From Bdellovibrionales bacterium (GTDB lineage Bacteria > Bdellovibrionota > Bdellovibrionia > Bdellovibrionales > JAUICD01), in NCBI GenBank assembly GCA_965203275.1, contig OZ241865.1, forward strand, positions 1-64,000: a DNA stretch of 64,000 nt, read 5' to 3'. The notes beneath the pieces were generated by a model. The model did not search any database and was not told the origin of the DNA. It saw only the letters and a program-made list of their open reading frames with translations. The position numbers were made by a program, and so were the translations under genes. Shown here in pieces: positions 29,305 to 40,404 of the stretch (position 1 is its first letter; each line of letters begins with the position of its first letter).

Positions 29305-30537
29305 ATGTTACAAATTTGGATGATTTGGAAATACTTAAAAGGAGGAGGTCGGTTTATCAATTGGACCTCTTTTTTAGCACTCCTAGGGTTGATTTTAGCT
29401 GTGGGTTGTTTGATTCTCACAATGGCTGTGATCAGTGGTGTGGAATCTCATCTCAAAAAAGCTATCATTGATGTCAGTGGGCATTTTGTGATGATAGACA
29501 ACCGTGGACCTATTCAAAACCTATCTCAACTTGAAAAAGAACTTCAAAAAGCTCTTCCTCAAATGAATCAAATAAACCCTTTTGTTCAGGAAGAAGGATT
29601 AATTGTTTCAAAGGGCATCCTATCTGGAGTTTTAATCAATGGTCTGGCACAAAAATCTTATAAAAATATTTTATACTTAGAACAAAGACTTTTAGATGGA
29701 AGTTTAACGCTCAAAGGCAAAGGGCCGACTCAAGCAGCTTTATTAGGTGGGGTCCTTGCTAATAAATTAAAACTAAATATAGGGGATACATTTCAAATTG
29801 TCATTCCAAGACCTCACCCCATCAATGAAAGAGCCTTTCAACCTCGCAAAGCTACTTTTTATTTAGCAGGTACATTAGATATGGGCAAACATGATTATAA
29901 CGAACGCATTGTATTTGTTCAAGATAGTCCATTGCAAAAGCTTAAAGGTTGGAGACAGAACCATTATTCTGGTTTAAGAATTAGCTTTGAATCGGACATG
30001 GCTGCCAGAAGGGCTGCGACTCAAATAGGTGAGAGTTTAGGTTATGATTATTACACAGACTATTATATGAGGGATTGGTATAGTAGCAATCGTGTTTTTT
30101 TTTCAGAAGTGGCAGTTCAAAAATGGGTTATCTTTGTTGTGCTACTCTTCATTGTCATTGTAGCTTGTTTTAACTTATGTAGTACTCTTTTTATTCATGT
30201 TCTTCGACGTTTCTCTGATATTAGTGTATTGCAAACACTTGGAGCAACCCGTGGTTTTTTACTACGTTTATTTATAAGTTATGGACTTTTCATTGGTGTG
30301 GTAGGTTGCTTAGGAGGGCTTAGTTTGGGATGGGTTTTATGTCAAATCATGGAGCATTTTCGTATCTTGTATGTCCCTAGTCAAATTTATCAATTTGATC
30401 ATCTTCCTGTAGAAATCCGTTGGATGGATGTTTGCTTTGTTTTAGGCATAACTCTTGTCATTTGTTTTTTATCAACCTTATTGCCAGCCTTCAAAGGCTC
30501 TCGCATTAAACCTATAGAAGGATTACATTATGAATGA
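29305..30537 (+). CDS. lolC: Lipoprotein-releasing ABC permease LolC/E
   Basis: FtsX-type TM pattern, ISVLQTLGA, C-terminal PIEGLHYE; adjacent to lolD. Confidence 0.85.
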   Translation: MLQIWMIWKYLKGGGRFINWTSFLALLGLILAVGCLILTMAVISGVESHLKKAIIDVSGHFVMIDNRGPIQNLSQLEKELQKALPQMNQINPFVQEEGLIVSKGILSGVLINGLAQKSYKNILYLEQRLLDGSLTLKGKGPTQAALLGGVLANKLKLNIGDTFQIVIPRPHPINERAFQPRKATFYLAGTLDMGKHDYNERIVFVQDSPLQKLKGWRQNHYSGLRISFESDMAARRAATQIGESLGYDYYTDYYMRDWYSSNRVFFSEVAVQKWVIFVVLLFIVIVACFNLCSTLFIHVLRRFSDISVLQTLGATRGFLLRLFISYGLFIGVVGCLGGLSLGWVLCQIMEHFRILYVPSQIYQFDHLPVEIRWMDVCFVLGITLVICFLSTLLPAFKGSRIKPIEGLHYE

Positions 30538-31225
30538 AAATATGAATGAAAATATATTATTAGAAGCTAAAAATCTTGTTAAAAGCTATCAGACTGGTCA
30601 GGTAGAGGTTTTACGTGGTATAGATTTGAAAATTTACAAAGGGGAGGCCTTATGTGTTATGGGAAGTTCTGGAACAGGTAAGAGTACTCTTTTGCATTTG
30701 CTAGGAAGCTTAGATCGTCCTTCAAGTGGTCAAGTTTTTTATAAAGGCCAGGATATTTTTAATCAAACGGCTGATCAGTTAGCCACTTTTCGCAATCAAA
30801 ATATGGGCTTTGTGTTTCAATTTCATCATTTATTAAAAGAATTTACAGCATTAGAAAATGTCATGTTACCTGCTAGGATTGGAGGATTGCCTTTACAAGA
30901 AGCAACACATAAAGCAGGTGTTTTATTAAGAGAGCTTGATGTACATCATCGTCAAAATCATTTGCCAAAGGAACTCAGTGGAGGGGAACAGCAAAGGGTA
31001 GCTATTGCCAGAGCCCTTATTTGCAAGCCTGATATTTTATTTGCTGATGAACCAACAGGGAATTTAGACAGCCAAAATGCACAGATCATTGAGGATATAT
31101 TTTTTCAATTGCATGAGAGTAAAAAAATTACTCTTGTTGTGGTCACCCATGATCAGAAATTTTCTGAAAGATTTTCTCGTATTTTAAGGTTGGAGGATGG
31201 TTTATTTTCCTCAACAAAACCATAA
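30530..31225 (+). CDS. lolD: Lipoprotein-releasing ABC ATPase LolD
   Basis: [38 protein letters not shown]. Confidence 0.93.
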   Translation: MNENMNENILLEAKNLVKSYQTGQVEVLRGIDLKIYKGEALCVMGSSGTGKSTLLHLLGSLDRPSSGQVFYKGQDIFNQTADQLATFRNQNMGFVFQFHHLLKEFTALENVMLPARIGGLPLQEATHKAGVLLRELDVHHRQNHLPKELSGGEQQRVAIARALICKPDILFADEPTGNLDSQNAQIIEDIFFQLHESKKITLVVVTHDQKFSERFSRILRLEDGLFSSTKP

Positions 31226-31227
31226 AA

Positions 31228-34200
31228 TCAATTTGTCCTTGTATAATATTCCACTGTGATAACAGCATTTGGTCTCCCTGAAGCAGTAGCCTTAATACTG
31301 ATAGTATTTTTTCTAGGATCATAACTCCAATTTTTCTTTTCTATTGGACGACTAGAGGGCGATCCAGGGTTTTGCAATAATACTCTTGTCCTATTTGTCA
31401 CAATAGGACGATGTCTCAGAGGGATCTCTAATTTAAATATTTTCTCGTTGACTTGATCAAAAATCTTCTTGAAGTCGCGTATATAATGATCAAAATTATG
31501 ACCCCTCCCAGTATCATGTCTAATCCATGTAGCGATTCCTTCGAATGCATCTACAAGCTCTTGAACTCCATACGCAAATTCCTTTTTAGGTTTTCTTGGA
31601 TGTGCATCTTCTCTTCTTCTATTTCTATCGGTATTGCTATCAAAAATGCCATTTATACTTAATTTATTGCCTTTTAACCTCCTTAAATCAGCTCGGACAG
31701 TGTGATGTGTGACATCTGTACAGTACTCCTCGGCACCTTCTTGTTCGCATCTATGTTCATTATTTTTTCCTCCTTTTTTAGGAGGTTTATAACCAAGGCT
31801 TTTAGCATAACTTGGGTATCTAGCACAGACATCTGCCTCATCAGTGATAAAAATAACAATCAGTGATGCATCAGGACGGAAAAAGTCTAATCTTTGATTT
31901 TCTGTCAAACGTGTTCCTCCAATGCTGTCCTCCAAGGACTTAAGGTTCATTTCCTCACGTTGCATTTTGCGACATTCATCATCCCCTTCTAAATGTTTGA
32001 GTATCTTTCTTCCATCAAACTTTTTCTTTAAATTCTTTCGGATGTCTGATGGAGAACTATTAGAAGAAAGTACTTTTGGTTCATTTGATACTGAAAAGAT
32101 TTGTCCTGACTGATAATGTCGTCCGCTTGACACACGACGATCCACATCTACAAGAGCCAAAATAGTGGCTATCCTGAAATCAGCAGACGGTTTTAATTTA
32201 TCTATAAATTGATCTATAGCACCATCCTCTTCAGTTAGCTTTGTCATAAGATCATCTACACTACCTGATGGATCAAGTACAAACAAAATATCTGTTTTGT
32301 TAAGATCCTTTTGTGTTATGGACTGTGTGTGTCTTTGATACTGGGGTGGTTTTCTTTTTTGACAAGTGACTGAGTTTCGGCCTCCATGGTATCCATCACA
32401 TCGCCATCTATGATGAGTGCTTGTATCAGCAATAGCCCTAGCATTGTACCAACCTTTAAGACATTTATTTCTACGAGCATTGTTGCACACTCCATCGATG
32501 GGTTTTCTTTTTTGACAAGTGACTGAGCGACCTCCATGGTATCCATCACATCGCCATCTATGAAGTGTGCCTGTATCAGCAATAGCCCTAGCGTTGTACC
32601 AACCTTTAAGACATTTATTTCTACGAGCATTGTTGCACACTCCATCGATGGGTTTTCTTTTTTGACAAGTGACTGAGCGACCTCCATGGTATCCATCACA
32701 TCGCCATCTATGAAGTGTGCCTGTATCAGCAATAGCTCTAAATGTGCCTGTACGACACTTATTTGGGCGAGCATTGTTGCACACTCCATCGATGGGTTTT
32801 CTTTTTTGACAAGTGACTGAGCGACCTCCATGTTGTCCATCACATCGCCATCTATGAAGTGTGCCTGTATCAGCCACAGCTCCAGCATTAACTCTACCTG
32901 CATAACATCTATTTTCGCGAGCATTGTTGCACACTCCATTGATGGGTTTTTTCTTTTGACAAGTGACTGAGCGACCTCCATGCTGTCCATCACATCGCCA
33001 TCTATAGTCAGCACTTGTATCAGCCACAGCTCCAGCATTAACTCTGCCTGTGCGACATGTATTTTGGCGAGCATTGTTGCACACTCCATTGATGGGTTTT
33101 TTCTTTTGACAAGTGACTGAGCGACCTCCATGCTGTCCATCACATCGCCATCTATAGTCAGCACTTGTATCAGCCACAGCTCCAGCATTAACTCTGCCTG
33201 TGCGACATGTATTTTGGCGAGCATTGTTGCACACTCCATTGATGGGTTTTTTCTTTTGACAAGTGACTGAGCGACCTCCATGTTGTCCATCACATCGCCA
33301 TCTATAGTCAGCACTTGTATCAGCCACAGCTCCAGCATTAACTCTGCCTGTGCGACATGTATTTTGGCGAGCATTGTTGCACACTCCATTGATGGGTTTT
33401 TTCTTTTGACAAGTGACTGAGCGACCTCCATGTTGTCCATCACATCGCCATCTATAGTCAGCACTTGTATCAGCAATAGCCCCAGCATTGGCTCTGCCTG
33501 TGCGACATGCATTTTGGCGAGCATTGTTGCACACTCCATTGATGGGTTTTCTGAGTTGACAAGTGCCTGAATTTTGACCTCCATGTTGCCCATCACATCG
33601 CCATTTATAAAGTGTGTTTGTATCAGCCACAGCCTCATCATTGGCTGTACCTGTTTGACATCTATTTCTCTGAGCATTGTTGCACTGTCCAGTAATTGGT
33701 TTTATGAATTGACAAGTCTCTGAGTTTTGACCCTCATATTGTCCATCACACCTCCATTTATAATGTGTGTCTGTATCTGCCACAGCCGTTGGATTAGGTG
33801 TGCCAGCAGAACACTCATTTTGGGCATTATTATTGCATGACCCATTAAGAGGTTTACCTTTCTGACAATCTGTAGCAGTTGTTCCTCCATGCTCCCCTTC
33901 ACAATGCCATTTATAAAATTCTTCTGTGTCTGCTATGACAGCATCATCAACATCACCTGCAAGACATCCATTTCTTTGAGCATTGTTACACTGTCCGTTA
34001 ATTGGTTTTATGAATTGACACGTGCCTGAGTTTTGACCTCCATATTCTCCTTCACAATGCCATTGATAATATGTGTCTGTATCTGCCACAGCCGTTGGAT
34101 TAGGTGTGCCAGCAGAACATCCATTTTTGACATTGTTATTGCAGGCACCATTAAGGGTTTTATCCTTCTGACAGTCTGTAGCTGTTGTTCCTTCATGTTC

Positions 34201-35679
34201 CCCTTCACAATGCCATTTATAAAATTCTGTTGAATCTTCTGAGGCCTCATCATTGACTTGGCCTGCAAGACATCCATTTCTACGAGAGTTATCACACTGT
34301 CCATTGATGGGTATTCTCTTACTGCAATCTGTGGCTGTCTCTCCATTGTTGACCCCCACACAATGCCATTTATAAAATTCTTCTGTGTCGGCTATGACAC
34401 CATCATCAGCATCACCTGTCACACAACCATTTCTAAGAGAATTGTCACATTGTCCATCTATACTTCTATCAGAAACAAGACCTGGACGATCATTATTATT
34501 TGTACTTGCTAATCCAATACTCTCTGAACAAAAATGTTGCCCCATACTTTCTTTCAGAGAACCAAAATAACAAAACCCACTTTGAGCTGGGCAATAATTG
34601 TAATATTGATAAGATGAGTCAATGTGATCTCCTGAAGAAATCCAAAATTTAACAAGAGTCCTCTGACACTCTTTATTTGAACTTAAACTAATATCTATAG
34701 AACCTTGACAATTTATTGAAGAACGCTTTCTATTATTGAGCTGAAATTCGCATTTGTCGGCATTTTTAATATCTAAATTTAAAATTTGGGTATTTCCTCT
34801 AGGCCTTCTATATTTATAAATATCATTGTTTTCTAGCACTACAGCTATGTCCTGACCATCATCTGTTATTTGAAATGGATTGATGTAGGCCTGCAGATTT
34901 TCTGTCACTTGAATTTCTTTTTTTCTATAGACCAGACATCCTGCTGAATCCACAGCAGAGACTTCAATGATCAAAGGGCCTGATGGCTCCCCTGTCAGGT
35001 CTATAGTCAATGTTGCACCATTAAAAATTTGCTCCCTAGAAGGTAATGTAACTTTCCACGTGATATCTGTAAAATCAGAAGCATCTCTCAAGGTCAAAGT
35101 GGCAGAAGAATCACTGGTGAAAGAACCTGACTGAAGCTCTATCTCTAATATATTTTCTAAATGACATTCTGCCCCGACCACAATCCGCTTAATGGATTGA
35201 GTCAATGAATCAGAAGAACTTCCTTGGTGGGCTGTGGCAAATAAAATGTAACTTCCTGTTTGTGTGAAGCGATGTTGATACTCATTTTGATTTGTGATTT
35301 GAGAGTCTACAATACTTTCAAAACCTCTTGTAATAGTCCATTTAAAGTTATCTGCGTTAGGATGAACATGTCTCATTTTGAGATAGACATCTGCATTGAC
35401 ATCAAATCTATCTTTGGGCATACCCTCGCCCTCTGAGGATAAGTAAGCAATGACTTGACCTTTTTCATAAGACAAAGATGAAGGTGCCTCGGGATTTTCT
35501 GGTTCTTGTGAAGTGGTGCTGGTAGATATGGTTTCAGACTTACAGTTTTGAAATACGACCACTAAAAAGCCAATGCAAACCAAACCTATAATATATAGAC
35601 CTTTAAACTTGCTTCTTCTCACATGTATATTACGTACAAAACTGTTTGAATGATCTTGTATTTTCTTAAAAAATTTCAT
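31228..35679 (-). CDS. Large surface lipoprotein/adhesin: Ig/PKD-like region, ~14 Cys-rich 50-aa repeats, C-terminal VWA domain
   Basis: VVFQNC signal; PINGxCNN...W[HR]CxGxxGG..C repeats; ILFVLDPSGS MIDAS-like motif and IFITDE. Confidence 0.85.
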   Translation of the reverse strand: MKFFKKIQDHSNSFVRNIHVRRSKFKGLYIIGLVCIGFLVVVFQNCKSETISTSTTSQEPENPEAPSSLSYEKGQVIAYLSSEGEGMPKDRFDVNADVYLKMRHVHPNADNFKWTITRGFESIVDSQITNQNEYQHRFTQTGSYILFATAHQGSSSDSLTQSIKRIVVGAECHLENILEIELQSGSFTSDSSATLTLRDASDFTDITWKVTLPSREQIFNGATLTIDLTGEPSGPLIIEVSAVDSAGCLVYRKKEIQVTENLQAYINPFQITDDGQDIAVVLENNDIYKYRRPRGNTQILNLDIKNADKCEFQLNNRKRSSINCQGSIDISLSSNKECQRTLVKFWISSGDHIDSSYQYYNYCPAQSGFCYFGSLKESMGQHFCSESIGLASTNNNDRPGLVSDRSIDGQCDNSLRNGCVTGDADDGVIADTEEFYKWHCVGVNNGETATDCSKRIPINGQCDNSRRNGCLAGQVNDEASEDSTEFYKWHCEGEHEGTTATDCQKDKTLNGACNNNVKNGCSAGTPNPTAVADTDTYYQWHCEGEYGGQNSGTCQFIKPINGQCNNAQRNGCLAGDVDDAVIADTEEFYKWHCEGEHGGTTATDCQKGKPLNGSCNNNAQNECSAGTPNPTAVADTDTHYKWRCDGQYEGQNSETCQFIKPITGQCNNAQRNRCQTGTANDEAVADTNTLYKWRCDGQHGGQNSGTCQLRKPINGVCNNARQNACRTGRANAGAIADTSADYRWRCDGQHGGRSVTCQKKKPINGVCNNARQNTCRTGRVNAGAVADTSADYRWRCDGQHGGRSVTCQKKKPINGVCNNARQNTCRTGRVNAGAVADTSADYRWRCDGQHGGRSVTCQKKKPINGVCNNARQNTCRTGRVNAGAVADTSADYRWRCDGQHGGRSVTCQKKKPINGVCNNARENRCYAGRVNAGAVADTGTLHRWRCDGQHGGRSVTCQKRKPIDGVCNNARPNKCRTGTFRAIADTGTLHRWRCDGYHGGRSVTCQKRKPIDGVCNNARRNKCLKGWYNARAIADTGTLHRWRCDGYHGGRSVTCQKRKPIDGVCNNARRNKCLKGWYNARAIADTSTHHRWRCDGYHGGRNSVTCQKRKPPQYQRHTQSITQKDLNKTDILFVLDPSGSVDDLMTKLTEEDGAIDQFIDKLKPSADFRIATILALVDVDRRVSSGRHYQSGQIFSVSNEPKVLSSNSSPSDIRKNLKKKFDGRKILKHLEGDDECRKMQREEMNLKSLEDSIGGTRLTENQRLDFFRPDASLIVIFITDEADVCARYPSYAKSLGYKPPKKGGKNNEHRCEQEGAEEYCTDVTHHTVRADLRRLKGNKLSINGIFDSNTDRNRRREDAHPRKPKKEFAYGVQELVDAFEGIATWIRHDTGRGHNFDHYIRDFKKIFDQVNEKIFKLEIPLRHRPIVTNRTRVLLQNPGSPSSRPIEKKNWSYDPRKNTISIKATASGRPNAVITVEYYTRTN
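32350..34460 (-). repeat. Intragenic 150/153-bp tandem repeat array
   Basis: Near-identical 150-bp units at ~32920-33540, more diverged units toward 34460. Confidence 0.95.
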
Positions 35680-35839
35680 TTTTAAAATACCCAGAATGTC
35701 TTCAATTGATACATACCTGTTAATAATATCGGTAAGAATAAAACAAAACTTAAGTATTAAAAAAAAATAAAGCACCATTATTTGAATTGTTTAATTATGT
35801 CTTTATTTTTTACACAGAGATTTATTTTCTCTAACAGGG

Positions 35840-36525
35840 TGTTTATCTGGGATCTGGGATCCGGGATCAGGCAATCTGGCATCCCGGGATCCGGCATCCG
35901 GGATCCGGGATCCGGGATCCGGCATCCGGCATCCGGCATCCGGGATCAGGCAGTCAGGCAGGGATGAAGCGAATAGCTTGTTTCCTTAACATTTCACTCA
36001 AAATGCATCATGCCTTTCTTTCACTCAAAATGAGCCACACCTCTGGTGTGTTTTTTGATGTTGCCTGCAAAGGCTTTCGCCTTTGACAAAATGGTCATTG
36101 TCTCATTTGATTTGCACTAAAAGTAAACTGACCTCTGGTCACTTTCTGGCGATGACCACGACGGCTCTCGCCGTCGATAAAATGGTCATCGCCTAGAAAG
36201 CCTGTTCACTTTGAGTAAGAAGGAACCCTTCGTTTCTTAACACGATATTAAGGAAACAGAGTTTCATTTGTAGACCCGCCTGCTCCTTAAAAACATTTTA
36301 GAAGCATATCTTGTTTCCTTAACATGCTGTAAAGGAATAAAAGGATCCTCTCTACTTAAAATGAACAAGCTTTTGAGGTAGCCAGCCTTTGATCGACGGC
36401 GTGAGCCGTCGGGCTGGCTACCCAAAAGTGGCCAGAGGCCAGTTCATTTTGAGTGAAATGTTAAGGAAAAAGTTCAGTTTTAGGGCCTGTTGCCGGATGC
36501 CGGATCCCGGATAAATACCATGTTA
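35840..36525. repeat. Hairpin-element cluster with the longest heptamer array and a tail-to-tail doublet
   Basis: Array at 35845-35950; linker at 36258-36315. Confidence 0.93.
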
Positions 36526-36540
36526 CAGTCAGTGATGATA

Positions 36541-38427
36541 TCAATCATCAGGCCAGGCTTCGACTGCCCGTTTTCTTTCAATGACACGCTCTATGTATTG
36601 ATGATAGACTTGTTCTTGGATATTTATTTTAGGTTTACTGTTCTCTTTAAAATTTTCTAGTTTGAGGCGTAGGGAATTATTAGATGATATCTCACTTTCT
36701 AGGATTTCAAGTTCTCTTTGTTTGCTCCGCCCTAATAGATTTTGTCTTTTGCATTGGCTTTTTAATGTTATACCGATATCAAGATTATAACAGTCATTAT
36801 AAAGCCTAACATCATTTCTTGTAAGGCAGTTGTTATAAAGAATAACATTAAAATGAGTAGGATCTAAAAGAGAGACATCTTGACCTGATTTAAAAACATT
36901 ATTCCATCTATCCAATGTATAGGCCATAATGCTATTATATTGAATACTCTCAAGATTATTATTATTTGTTGAAGGATTCACACTGATATATTCACTATCT
37001 ACTCCAATATCCTCTCCAGTATCCTCAAATATCGGAAAAGACATAGCATATTCATCTTCTAATCCAAAGATATGAAGTAGTTCATGAAGCATAGTAGGAC
37101 ACTCTATATTGCTTGGATATTCATCAAATCTTGCCATCATAAGATTAGGAAGAGTTATAGTTATTGTGTGTGCTGGAGTGCAAATATCTTTCTTTTCATA
37201 AGCGTCTTCAAGAACAATTTCTAGCTTTTCACCACGTGGTCCTAACATCTTAGGATTTACTTGATTTATACACTGCCTTGCTTTATTTAAAAAATGTGTA
37301 TGGATATGGTGATCATACGCTTCTGATACCTCTTGACTGTCTGAGCCTGAAAATCCATGAGGATCGGTATTGTGAGGATCAGCATGAGGATCAGCATGAG
37401 GATCAGAAGGAGCTATAGAGGTGAATTTTATAGGTACAGATATTTTATAGTGATTATTATTTTCTTTTTTAACAATGTAATTGGCAAAGTCACCTACTTT
37501 TTCTCTTTCTTCACCAATTGAATACTCACTACACAAGAGATGATCATTGATTTCATTTAGAAAACTTTGAGTATCACTTAAAATTGTTTCCTGGCTTAGG
37601 CAACTTTCAACTGTTTGAGGATTATGTTGTATCTGTGCTGTCAGTAAAGACAGACGTCTTTGGATCACCCGATTGTTCGTCAATATATTTTGGCATATAG
37701 GATGATTGCTTTCCTGCTGACAACGACCTGGTATAGATAATTTAAAAGAAGGATAAGCTTCATAACTTCTATAACGATAACGACGACTTGGACCTTCTTT
37801 GAGAAAACCTATCATAGCTTTTAAACAAGCATCTCCCATTCTTTTTAATTGATCCAATGCCTGATTAGATTGCTGTGGAGAACCATAGATTAACATTTGA
37901 GCCACATCAGGATGGCGACATATATCACATCCTGCATCAAAGAGAGTTTCGACCTCATTTACCAGGCTTTGATCAAGAGAGTCCACAGGTTTATAATTAT
38001 CAGGATATAAAATACGACTGGCTTGATGTTGTAATAGTTGCTGTTGTATATTTATAATCATAGGTTCTATTTCTTGTAAACAAGATTCATCATAAGTGGT
38101 TGGTTCGTTAAGTGATCTCCGATCATTTGTACATAAGCTTGCTATTTTATCGTTTAAGTAGTTATTTATCCACTCTTTATTTTCACGATCTGACTGATTT
38201 AGCCATTGCTTAGCACGTTCTAAAAAAGATGACCTGTTGATCATTCTTCTATTATTATCAAAAAGAATAATAAATTTTTGGTTGTAATCATTAAAGTAAT
38301 GAATGGTGACCCTTTGATTATTTTCTACACTAGAGTCTACCTGTGTGGAGGAGGATATTATTTGAGAATTAGCAACAGTAATATAAAATATAATTAAAAG
38401 AAAATATAATAATCTATATGTTTTCAT
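36541..38427 (-). CDS. Secreted Cys-rich zinc metalloprotease
   Basis: Signal peptide; HELLHIFGLEDEY (HExxHxxGxxD); SIMAY Met-turn-like motif. Confidence 0.8.
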   Translation of the reverse strand: MKTYRLLYFLLIIFYITVANSQIISSSTQVDSSVENNQRVTIHYFNDYNQKFIILFDNNRRMINRSSFLERAKQWLNQSDRENKEWINNYLNDKIASLCTNDRRSLNEPTTYDESCLQEIEPMIINIQQQLLQHQASRILYPDNYKPVDSLDQSLVNEVETLFDAGCDICRHPDVAQMLIYGSPQQSNQALDQLKRMGDACLKAMIGFLKEGPSRRYRYRSYEAYPSFKLSIPGRCQQESNHPICQNILTNNRVIQRRLSLLTAQIQHNPQTVESCLSQETILSDTQSFLNEINDHLLCSEYSIGEEREKVGDFANYIVKKENNNHYKISVPIKFTSIAPSDPHADPHADPHNTDPHGFSGSDSQEVSEAYDHHIHTHFLNKARQCINQVNPKMLGPRGEKLEIVLEDAYEKKDICTPAHTITITLPNLMMARFDEYPSNIECPTMLHELLHIFGLEDEYAMSFPIFEDTGEDIGVDSEYISVNPSTNNNNLESIQYNSIMAYTLDRWNNVFKSGQDVSLLDPTHFNVILYNNCLTRNDVRLYNDCYNLDIGITLKSQCKRQNLLGRSKQRELEILESEISSNNSLRLKLENFKENSKPKINIQEQVYHQYIERVIERKRAVEAWPDD

Positions 38428-38599
38428 TACCTAGTCCTTGTTATACTTTATAAGAAGACATTATACCGTATATCAATAAACTATAAATGTCAAGTGCTAT
38501 TACATATATTTTTATCGGTATCGGCAAAAATAAGCTTTCATTTGATCTGATCAACGGCGATAAGCCGTCGGGTGTAAGAAGAGAATTCCCCCCCCCCTT

Positions 38600-38690
38600 C
38601 CTGGGTTTGATAGCCAGAAAAATAAAGTTGTGAGATTTCAGTAGGTTATAAGAGTAATAAGATTTTGTGCCACTACAATGTGAGCTTTTT
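38600..38690 (-). mobile_element. Solo IS1634-like right end
   Basis: Reverse complement of ~7000-7089 with few mismatches. Confidence 0.75.
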
Positions 38691-38854
38691 AAACCTAAGA
38701 AATTATTGTACATTATATCAGTTTTATTGATGATTTGCTTCTTAAGATATATTTGACACAAGTTGAGTATGCCTTTCTTAATGACTTCCAATATAGATGG
38801 ATCATAATAGCGTTACACCTTTTTCCAAATAGCTTATTCATAAAGGACTTGAAT

Positions 38855-39328
38855 TTATGAATCTTTTTTATCTTTATCAATTTTTTTATATTTTCTTTTC
38901 TCTTTTATCTTTGGTATAAAGTTCTTTATTTTTATTCTTTTCTCTAGCTTTTTACTATCATCCATAATCTTTTTGTTAATTATTTCATTCTGGTCAATTT
39001 CATCGCCTTCAATATCACCATGCCTTGTCATAAAATCGCCCATAGCGTCTATAAAGCTATCCTTGTCAATATCAATATATCTTGATGCTAAAATGACAGT
39101 CAAAAAAAGACTCTCAAATCGACCGTGTTTTCTAAAATAATCAAAAGCCTCTTCAACACTCAGTGAAGTATTTCTTGGAGTATCAATAACTCTTTTCATA
39201 TCTTTATAAATATTCTCAATACCATAGCCAGTATGATCACTTAAAAAATTTATAAGACCATCAAGTATTTCAAATAAAAATTTTGCTTTAAGTTGGCTTG
39301 TTTCTTTTTTATTCATAAAACCCTCCAT
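38855..39328 (-). CDS. Hypothetical protein (start likely 39316)
   Basis: Charged helical ORF; GGAGGG upstream of the second Met. Confidence 0.7.
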   Translation of the reverse strand: MEGFMNKKETSQLKAKFLFEILDGLINFLSDHTGYGIENIYKDMKRVIDTPRNTSLSVEEAFDYFRKHGRFESLFLTVILASRYIDIDKDSFIDAMGDFMTRHGDIEGDEIDQNEIINKKIMDDSKKLEKRIKIKNFIPKIKEKRKYKKIDKDKKDS

Positions 39329-39519
39329 GTTAGTTTATGTTTCTAAGTTGATTTCTTTTTATAGGATTATTTTTTGAAAAAAGCAAAAAAAAAGATATCC
39401 ACATCCATAAATCAACTCAATACAAGGCATACAAAGCCGATTCAAAGCATCTTAAACGAATACGAACCTCTCGCTGTCGATATGCTTGACTATCATATCC
39501 TTTTTTAAGGCAAGGTGTT

Positions 39520-40400
39520 TATCCGGGATCTGGGATCCGGGATCCGGGATCCGGGATCCGGGATCTGGGATCTAGTTCCAGAGTATTGATTGTAATGAAT
39601 TTTTTCATCTAAAAAATTTCCTCCTGAGCCCTGGCGGGTTTAAAAAGAACTTTTTCCTTAACATTTCACTCAAAATGAGCCACACCTCTGTTTCCCTAAA
39701 ATTGAACTAGCCTCTGGCTACTTTTGGACAGTTAGCCCGACGGCTCTCGCCGTCGATCAAAGGCTAACTGTCTCAAAAGCCTGTTCAATTTTAGGAAGGA
39801 GGATGTCCTCATTTCTTAACACAATGTTAAGGAAAAAGATTTCCTTCTGACATTTGCTCTGACAGCTATCGCTGTCTAAAAAGAGCAATGCCTCAAAAAT
39901 CTGCTCATTTTGAGTAGAGCGGATCTCCTTGCTTCTGACACCATGTTAAGGAAACAAGATATGCCTCTAAAATCTTTTTGGGAAGCAAGCGGGTTGCAAT
40001 AAATGAACTTTTTCCTTAACACCGTGTAAAGAGAGGAGAGGATCCTCCCTACTCAAAGTGAACAGGCTTTTGAGGCAATGACCATTTTGCCAATGGCGAA
40101 AGCCATTGCGGTCATTGCCCAAAAGTGACCAGAGGTCAGTTCACTTTGAGTGAAACAGAGGCTGGTTTACTTTTAGTGAAACAACCCGGGATCTGGCAAC
40201 CGGCATCAGGTCCTAAAACTGAACTGTTTCCTTAACATGGAGTTAAGGGACGAAGGGATCCTCCTTACTAAAAGTAAACGGACTTTTGAGGTAGCCAGCC
40301 TTTGATCGACGGCGGTAGCCGTCGGGCTGGCTACCCAAAAGTGACCAGAGGTCAGTTTACTTTTAGGGAAACAGCCCACTTTTAGTGAAACTTAGTGAAC
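39520..40400. repeat. Hairpin-element cluster
   Basis: Heptamer array 39520-39572, unit at 39692, doublet linker 39955-40012, reverse units to 40371. Confidence 0.93.
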
Positions 40401-40404
40401 CAAC

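Noticed and set aside
32316..33677. 453-aa overlapping ORF in the adhesin
   Set aside because: Alternate-frame shadow of the stop-free 150-bp tandem repeat.
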